A DNA stretch of 64,000 nt from Candidatus Dojkabacteria bacterium (GTDB lineage Bacteria > Patescibacteriota > Dojkabacteria > J137), in the NCBI GenBank assembly GCA_030834985.1, contig JAUQWV010000007.1, forward strand, positions 4,321-68,320, written 5' to 3'. The first letter of the stretch is position 1, and each line of letters opens with the position of its first letter. Below the pieces are notes generated by a model. The model worked only from the letters and a program-made list of their open reading frames with translations. It made no database searches and was not told the origin of the DNA. The translations under genes were made by a program, and so were the position numbers. Shown piece by piece: positions 57,503-64,000 of this stretch.

Positions 57503-58057
57503 TTATATCATTTTTGCAAAAAGGCTACCCGTAGCTTCTTTTTGCCCGTTATATGGGTTATTAGAACGTTCATCTGTTTTATTCTTTTGGTTAAATCTAA
57601 AGGTTATAAGTTTGCCGATTCTAAGCCCAAAAGATAGTTTTACATCCCAAATCCCTGCGTTATAAATCTCAAGAGTAATTATATGAGGATCTTGTCCCGG
57701 CGGAATATAGCTAGCTGACTGATGTATTGTAAGTCCAAGTCTTGCTATGCTTGAACCTCCATCAATAAACATTGCAGTATCGGAATCAAGTCCAATTAAT
57801 TCATTTGTTTGACCTAAAATAAACATTCCTGGTTTTAAAATAAAGGCCTCTTCTTTTAGGTCAAACTTTTTATATTCCGGTTTTGAGCCTTCAATCGTTG
57901 GGTCAATTAAAGCGCCTTTGTTTTGCGGTTTTAGAATATATTGTCCTAAATGTACTTCGTATTTGCCTGCTCTTAGGTGTTTTTCATTAAAAGGCTCAAT
58001 AGTGATTTTCTTCTGCTGAATAAGATTTAGGATTTCGGTGTCTGTAAGTATGCTCAT
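57503..58057 (-). CDS. dcd: dCTP deaminase
   Basis: dUTPase-fold with …DGGSSIARLGL… motifs. 184 aa. AT-rich, host-like codon usage. Confidence 0.85.
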   Translation of the reverse strand: MSILTDTEILNLIQQKKITIEPFNEKHLRAGKYEVHLGQYILKPQNKGALIDPTIEGSKPEYKKFDLKEEAFILKPGMFILGQTNELIGLDSDTAMFIDGGSSIARLGLTIHQSASYIPPGQDPHIITLEIYNAGIWDVKLSFGLRIGKLITFRFNQKNKTDERSNNPYNGQKEATGSLFAKMI

Positions 58058-58091
58058 TTAGATATTGTATCAAAAAGTTTTGATTAGTGGT

Positions 58092-58124
58092 GGATGCCGG
58101 CAAGCAGAAAGCTTGCCGGCATCC
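58092..58124. terminator. 14-bp GC hairpin GGATGCCGGCAAGC-AGAAA-GCTTGCCGGCATCC immediately 3' of the 58129-58398 ORF
   Basis: Perfect stem. No adjacent U-tract on either strand. Confidence 0.5.
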
Positions 58125-58128
58125 TGTG

Positions 58129-58398
58129 TTACTCGCTCTCTTCCTCAGTTTCATCAACATAATAGAAGAGAGCTTTTTCCCCTTCTTTAGGGGAACGAAA
58201 CGTTCCGGCAGGGAGTTCGTAGATCAGAGGGGGCCCCTCCGCACCGGTTGCCCATACCTTACCAGTGATTCCGTGCCTTCCAAGCTCATACGCCATTGGG
58301 AGCCGATATTTCTCTCCTCGAGCCTGTAAGAGCTTAATTCTGGCAAGGACGAACGCTAACGTAAGCGGATCCGGTCCGCCTTTGACCAAATTAGCCAT
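58129..58398 (-). CDS. small GC-rich soluble protein (89 aa, acidic C-tail), compositionally foreign
   Basis: GAAGGAGGGGAAA immediately upstream of ATG. About 52% GC. Confidence 0.5.
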   Translation of the reverse strand: MANLVKGGPDPLTLAFVLARIKLLQARGEKYRLPMAYELGRHGITGKVWATGAEGPPLIYELPAGTFRSPKEGEKALFYYVDETEEESE

Positions 58399-58475
58399 TT
58401 TCCCCTCCTTCGGCTAATTGCAGTGATTATACAACACTGATAGACTATTCTTAGTTAAATTCCTTTATTATAAAT

Positions 58476-59768
58476 ATGACAAAATCGTTAAAAGTATCAA
58501 TAGCTGTTTTAGTCGTTCTTGTATTGATATTTTTATTCCTTGCTGTGCTGTTTATAACAAAGAATACGTCTTTTCTGAATTTCAATATTTCTAGACAAGA
58601 GGTAGATGCCAACAATCAGAATTCGCAAGTTGAATCAGATACAAGTAATGTATTATTTGCGCAGCAAATAGTTGTGCCAGATTCAAATAAAGTTGGCGTA
58701 TTTGCTGCGCCTCAAACACTAAATTTACCTCAGGCTTTTACAATCTCAGTTTGGGCAGCAGGCTTAAATGCTCCAAGACAAATAGATTTTACAAATGAAA
58801 ATAATATAGTTGTGGCAGAACGTGGTGCAGATTCAATAAAGTTCATTAAGCAGTCTCAAGATGGTACTTTGGGGTTAGAAACGATCACAATTGATTCAAA
58901 TTTAGATAATGTTCACAGTGTAGATTATTACAGTGGAGATCTTTATGTTGGAGAGGAGTCTCGTATTGTTGTTTATCGTGATCTTACAGAAGATGGAACA
59001 TACACAAACAAAGAAGTATTAATTGATAATCTTCCGCAAGGAGGTCACTGGTCACGAACAGTAAAGGTTGGTCCAGATAACAAACTCTATATAACGGTTG
59101 GCTCATCTTGTAACTTATGTGAAGAAGCAGATGGGCGAAGAGCTGCAATGTTAACTGCTAATTTAGATGGGAGTAATCTTCAACCTTATGCGACAGGGCT
59201 TCGCAACACTGTAGATTTTGTTTTTAAATCTACTCCTGTGGATTTTAAGATATGGGGAGTTGATAACGGAAGAGATTTGATAGGTGATGATCTACCGCCT
59301 GATGAAGTTAATATTATTAGTCAAGGTTTAAATTATGGCTGGCCTTATTGTTATGGGCAAGGAATTAATAATCCTGAATATCCTGAACGCTCTGGGTATT
59401 GTAAGACTGAAACAGAAATCCCTGCATTTAATCTACAGGCGCATTCTGCTGCACTTGGGTTAACATTTTTAGTTAATGATGATTTAACTCAAAAAGTTAA
59501 ATTTCCACAGCAGATATTTAAAGATGATTTATTTATAGCATTTCATGGGTCTTGGAATAGAACAATCCCAACGGGTTATAAAGTTGTTCGTGTAAATACT
59601 TCTAAGCCAGCCGGTAAAGAAATAAATTTCATTACCGGCTGGCTTAACGATCAAGGCCAAGTCTGGGGAAGACCAGTAGACGTTAAATTCGATAAAAACG
59701 GAGATTTGTATATTACAGACGACTACGCCGGTGCAATATATAAAGTTCAATATAGTCCACTTAGATAA
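58476..59768 (+). CDS. membrane-anchored PQQ-dependent sugar dehydrogenase-like beta-propeller protein
   Basis: GLNYGWPYCYG and surrounding blocks are typical of soluble glucose/sorbosone dehydrogenase propellers. N-terminal TM. Confidence 0.7.
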   Translation: MTKSLKVSIAVLVVLVLIFLFLAVLFITKNTSFLNFNISRQEVDANNQNSQVESDTSNVLFAQQIVVPDSNKVGVFAAPQTLNLPQAFTISVWAAGLNAPRQIDFTNENNIVVAERGADSIKFIKQSQDGTLGLETITIDSNLDNVHSVDYYSGDLYVGEESRIVVYRDLTEDGTYTNKEVLIDNLPQGGHWSRTVKVGPDNKLYITVGSSCNLCEEADGRRAAMLTANLDGSNLQPYATGLRNTVDFVFKSTPVDFKIWGVDNGRDLIGDDLPPDEVNIISQGLNYGWPYCYGQGINNPEYPERSGYCKTETEIPAFNLQAHSAALGLTFLVNDDLTQKVKFPQQIFKDDLFIAFHGSWNRTIPTGYKVVRVNTSKPAGKEINFITGWLNDQGQVWGRPVDVKFDKNGDLYITDDYAGAIYKVQYSPLR

Positions 59769-59772
59769 AATT

Positions 59773-59845
59773 AATTCATATCCAAAGCCCGTTTCGCGAA
59801 TGCGGGTAGAATAGGGCGGAGGATATGAATTTAATTTTAGTGTAC
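59773..59845. other. nested inverted repeat (AATTCATATCC…GGATATGAATT enclosing CCCG-TTCGCGAA-CGGG)
   Basis: 11-bp outer arms and a GC-rich inner palindrome read directly, between two plus-strand genes. Confidence 0.35.
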
Positions 59846-59855
59846 AATATTTAAT

Positions 59856-60938
59856 ATGACACAGCATCCTGTACCTCAAAATGTTATAGAAGTCGAATTT
59901 AAACTTTTTGGCAGCTTCACTTTAAAACAATTTTCTAGGATTTTGATTGGAGCCTTAGTAGGCGTTGTTTTTTTTGTTCTTCCGCTGCCGCCAATAATTA
60001 AATTCCCGTTAGCAGGTGTAAGTGTGATTATTGGTTTTGGTATGGCAGTTGCCCCTAGCTTAGGTACTTGGTTAACTGGTTTTGTTAAAGCAATGTTTGT
60101 TTCACCAAGATATGTTTGGATTCGTGAAGCTTCTCCTCCAGATATTTTAAAAGCTAAGCCGGTAGCAGCATCTACAGCTAAGGAATTTAAAGTTGATAAA
60201 GCAACTGCACAAAATAAAATCGATATCAGTAAAGTAGATTTAAAGAGTATTTATGGAAATCAGAATAAACCAATAATCCAGACAACTGTAGCTAAAGAAG
60301 AAGAAACAATGGATTTAAAACCTGATAAAGTTTCGGAAGATAATTTTGTAAGAGTTTATGAAGATGTTTTTGGCGAAGGATTATTTCAGCGGTCAAAAGA
60401 CTCTGCACTTAATCAATTTTACAATAAAGAATTTGTTGAAAAACCAAAAACTCAGGAAAGTATAAATAAGCAGATTAAAGACTATACAGAAGAAATTAAT
60501 AAATTAAAATTTGAACTTTCAATGATTGTAAAAGATGAAAACTATAAGCAAAAAGAAGAGGAGATTTTATCTAGAATAAATGATCTTTATAGAGAACTAA
60601 AAATTTTGAATAATCCTCAATTGAGTGCAAATACTGTACAGCCAGTTATTAAAAATCAGCAAGTTCAAACAACTGCAGTGCAAGGTAAGATAGTTAACGG
60701 AATAGTTGTAGATAAGAAGGATATGCCAATTCCAAATGTTATAGTTTCTTTTGTAAATAGACAGAAGAATGTGATTTACAGAACTAAATCAGGCGGAGAC
60801 GGTAAATTCACTACTGGTAGCCCAATCCCAGTTGGAACTTATGCTGTAGTTTTGGATCAAATTAATCATAAGTTCCACACATATTTAGTGGAAGTAAATA
60901 CACAAAGTTTACCTGCATTTAAATTCAGAGAAAAATGA
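59856..60938 (+). CDS. hypothetical membrane protein with C-terminal carboxypeptidase-regulatory-like beta domain
   Basis: Two N-terminal TM segments. C-terminus …GKIVNGIVVDKKDMPIPNVIVSFVNRQKNVIYRTKSGGDGKF…. Confidence 0.5.
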   Translation: MTQHPVPQNVIEVEFKLFGSFTLKQFSRILIGALVGVVFFVLPLPPIIKFPLAGVSVIIGFGMAVAPSLGTWLTGFVKAMFVSPRYVWIREASPPDILKAKPVAASTAKEFKVDKATAQNKIDISKVDLKSIYGNQNKPIIQTTVAKEEETMDLKPDKVSEDNFVRVYEDVFGEGLFQRSKDSALNQFYNKEFVEKPKTQESINKQIKDYTEEINKLKFELSMIVKDENYKQKEEEILSRINDLYRELKILNNPQLSANTVQPVIKNQQVQTTAVQGKIVNGIVVDKKDMPIPNVIVSFVNRQKNVIYRTKSGGDGKFTTGSPIPVGTYAVVLDQINHKFHTYLVEVNTQSLPAFKFREK

Positions 60939-60985
60939 ACTATTAATGCTCTTATCACTTTTTCTTAATAAAAAGTTTTGGTATT

Positions 60986-63900
60986 CTAATTAAGTATGAA
61001 ACTTGGCGCGAACTTAAGATACATAAAAAAGCAAATATCAAAGAAATTTTTAAAGTTCGCACGTCCACTGCTTATTGTTCTAACTTTAGTTGGAATGATT
61101 TCTGCAGTTGCATTCACTAACTTTAGTCAAGAAACTCAAACAAGTGCAGATTCATGGAATACTCCAAGCAGTATTGCAGGGTATGTAGGTGCAAACGGTG
61201 TACACTTGGTTAAAACCATTCCAGATGGCAGAGCATTCGCATTCTATAATTTGTGGGATGATCCGCAAACTCGGGTTGCAGTGCACCCCAATAATACTGA
61301 TTACTCCTTGCACAGTGATTTTTATTTAGATACATACGGCTGGGTTGAGAATCATTATGACAGTGTAGATGTAAATAATGATGGCGACATTGTAATAGCA
61401 GACTACGATGCTGGCGATCTTCTAGTTTACGATGTCTACTACGATGGTGACACTGCTTCATTAGATGGTATTGATTACTATCCTATTCCTGAAGATCCTG
61501 AAGGAAGCGGTCAAGTATTTGCAAGATATGATGATTCTAATGACAATATATATGTAATTACAAACTCACAATTAGTAGTCTATAACTCAGGTGATTATGC
61601 AAATCCAGATGTATATGCACTAGACAGTATAGGTACTGTCTCAGCAGAGGTAGATGAGGCTAATGATTATCTATATATTACAGCAGATGATTACTTTTAT
61701 AGATATGATACGGGTGCATTCCCATCTTTTCAAATGAAAGATCTTTTAAATGATAATAGTGGACTACACGATTACTTACAGATTTCTCCTGATGGAGAGA
61801 GAGTTTTTATTCATAGCAATAATGCTTCGAAAGTTTATGAATACGACGTTACAACTTGGAACCCAATTATAGTACAAGAGTATGATTTATCTGGTTGGGA
61901 AAGCCGTTTTAAAGTTAATGATGATTTCTTATATTCATACAGCTGGTCAAAGGTTGCTAGGTGGAGCAGATCGGACCCTGAAGATATTTTAGATTCTGGT
62001 GATGTTGAGAATGTAGCAATAAGAAATATAGATTTGGTAGGAGATGATGTGCTTGCGCTTAGCTTTTGGTACCGCGAACTTTATCTTTATGATTTAGAAG
62101 TTGAACCTGAAGGCGACTTAGGTGAAGAAGATTGCGATCCTCCTTACGTATGGAACGATCCAAAATGCGAAAGATATGTATATAGTTCATCACTTCATAT
62201 CAACACAGATGAAGGTGAAGATGTATCTATCGCTTCTACATACAATAAGCAAGATAATTTTTATGCTGTTCTTAATTGGAATGAAGGAGATTATCCAGCA
62301 GGATCGATTAATGTTAATGGTGATATTTACGAACTTAACTACGATACTAATGACTATATGCTCTCATCATACATGGTTCCAGCTCCGGGCGGGGTATTTA
62401 TTTCTTTAGTTGGTTTGGAAGACAATGCGCAGGTAATGTATTTTGAGTATCCTAGTGGAAATATTAGTTTATATCCGATGCCATTTGGAGCATCTGTAGG
62501 TTTAAGTATAAATGATGATGGGGACCTTCTTATATGGGAAGAGTATGGTTATGATTATGCGGTGGCGCCTAATGATGGTGGCTTTCCAGATTTTGATAAT
62601 TTATTTACTTCTAGTGCTGCAGGATCTTTATCTACAAATGGAGGATTTATAGTCAATGGTGGTGATGTTATTTTTCAAATGAATAGTGGTGATGTTATAT
62701 ATGCAATTTCTGCGGCATCTGGCTATACAGAAGAAGACTTTATAGATCTATCGGGTGTTTTAGGTAGTATAAAAATAGCAGTTAAAAGTAAACCAGGCGG
62801 TTATGATTTATATGTAGCAGGCTATACAAGTGATCCTACTGAATTACATATAAAACCATATACTGGTTGTGAGCTAGGTGCTCCATTTTCATCATGTACA
62901 GAAGAGAACCCTATAGTTATGCCTTATGGGGCGCCAATTTATGGTATAAGCAGCTTGCTAATAGATGAAGATGATAATATATTTTTTGCTGGTAGCAATA
63001 TTGGTGAAATAGGAAGAGTTTTACAGTCTAACAAAGCAGTAGAATTTTTTAGCTTAACTGATCTTGATGATTCAATAATAAGTTACGACTTAGACAATAA
63101 CCAAAATCTGTACATAACTTCTTTTAACTATATTTACGAGTTACATCAATACGATTTGTTATTTGAAAGCGATGGAGGCGGTGACCCCGGAGGTACAGAA
63201 CTTTCAGAAACTCATATTATTGGAATGTCGTGGTCGAGTAATCCTAGCCCAGATGGTGCTCCTGCATTAATAGCTGGAGAAGAGTTACTTATAGATGTAG
63301 AAGTTTATGACCCAATAAACCCTGGCAGTATTCCAACAGGGTATGTTGCACTTAGAATGGATGATGTATTAACTGTACTGGATATTCTGGAGTTAGATGA
63401 AAATGGAATGGTTACCTTTTCTATACGGCCTAACCCTGGTTTTCACTTTGTTCATGCATACTATTTAGGTGATGATACTTACGATACAAGTCAGTCTGTA
63501 AACCACACACTCAGAGTTTATTCTATTGCAACCTTTACAACTTTAGAAACAAGCCAAAACCCGGTAGTGAAAGGAGATAGCTTTACACTAACAGCTCATG
63601 TTGAACTACCAAACTATACTATACCGGACGATTCACCAGTAGAATTCTCGGGTTATGTAAGATTTGCTGTAGGTACAATTGATCTAGGGTGGGCAGTGGT
63701 TGATTTAAATGGTGACGTTTCTATTACTGTTAATACTTCAGATAATCCAGTAAGTAATTTAAATCTTAATGAAGGCGTACATCATATTCGTGCTCACTAC
63801 TTACCGTTCTGGGATGGATTTAATCCTTGGCTAAGAGTCAGCAGCTCTGAAACGTTGTTTCAATCTGTTGTAGAAAGCGGCGAAGGCGGTGAATCTTCAG

Positions 63901-64000
63901 AAGGTAGCGATATTCCGCCTGAAGGCGGAGAAGGTGGAGCCAGCGACTTCGCTGCATCCATAAAAGGTCGTGACAAAGTCACAGGTTCTATTAGTGAAAC
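60986..64000 (+). CDS. very large secreted/surface protein, 3'-truncated by window end (beta-propeller/Ig-like repeats)
   Basis: ATG at 60986 and an uninterrupted frame to the window end, about 1000 codons translated by hand. N-terminal signal anchor …RPLLIVLTLVGMISAVAF. Absent from the ORF track because no stop lies in the window. Confidence 0.7.

Noticed and set aside
1-64000. CRISPR arrays, transposases, integrases, prophage genes, tmRNA
   Set aside because: None of the following were seen on either strand:
- regularly spaced direct repeats
- DDE or tyrosine-recombinase motifs
- phage structural genes
- a tmRNA tRNA-like 3' end followed by CCA
The tRNA-adjacent island #3 lacks an integrase.

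Overview
This 64-kb window is AT-rich (about one-third GC by eye), gene-dense bacterial chromosome. Most of it is housekeeping:
- aminoacyl-tRNA ligases leuS, thrS, proS and pheT
- Fe-S assembly genes sufC and sufB (unlinked), recO, typA/bipA, asnB, dcd, rdgB and dusB
- ribosomal proteins L21 and L27
- two tandem signal peptidase I genes (lepB)
- an ABC-2 exporter
- a HisKA/OmpR two-component pair
- a copper module (csoR - cupredoxin - copA - HMA-membrane protein).

Three tRNAs are readable by eye: Pro(CGG), Leu(GAG) and Asp(GUC). A bacterial RNase P RNA sits on the minus strand at about 25978-26446, in a 630-bp gap with no ORFs.

The rest is hypothetical, secreted or membrane-anchored proteins:
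- a cysteine-rich, internally repetitive surface protein
- a paralog with an LPNTA sortase-type sorting signal
- a surface protein with lamin-tail and OB-fold domains
- a 1354-aa all-alpha giant
- a >1000-aa surface protein that runs off the 3' end and is absent from the ORF track.

The gene content (sortase signal, duplicated SPase I, a ThrS lacking its N-terminal domain, many small hypotheticals, no mobile elements) suggests a small-genome Gram-positive-like or Patescibacteria-like organism. That is an inference only.

The strongest anomaly is four short cistrons of about 52-58% GC, at 460-790, 18498-18936, 57150-57487 and 58092-58415. Each uses GC3-rich codons foreign to the host and has its own AGGAG Shine-Dalgarno and a GC-rich terminator hairpin. 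Three also have a sigma70-like promoter. Three encode 2-3-TM mini-proteins. Two of them bracket dcd immediately downstream of tRNA-Asp. No CRISPR array, transposase, integrase, tmRNA, SRP RNA or riboswitch could be recognised. Coordinates derived by hand may be off by 1-2 nt.
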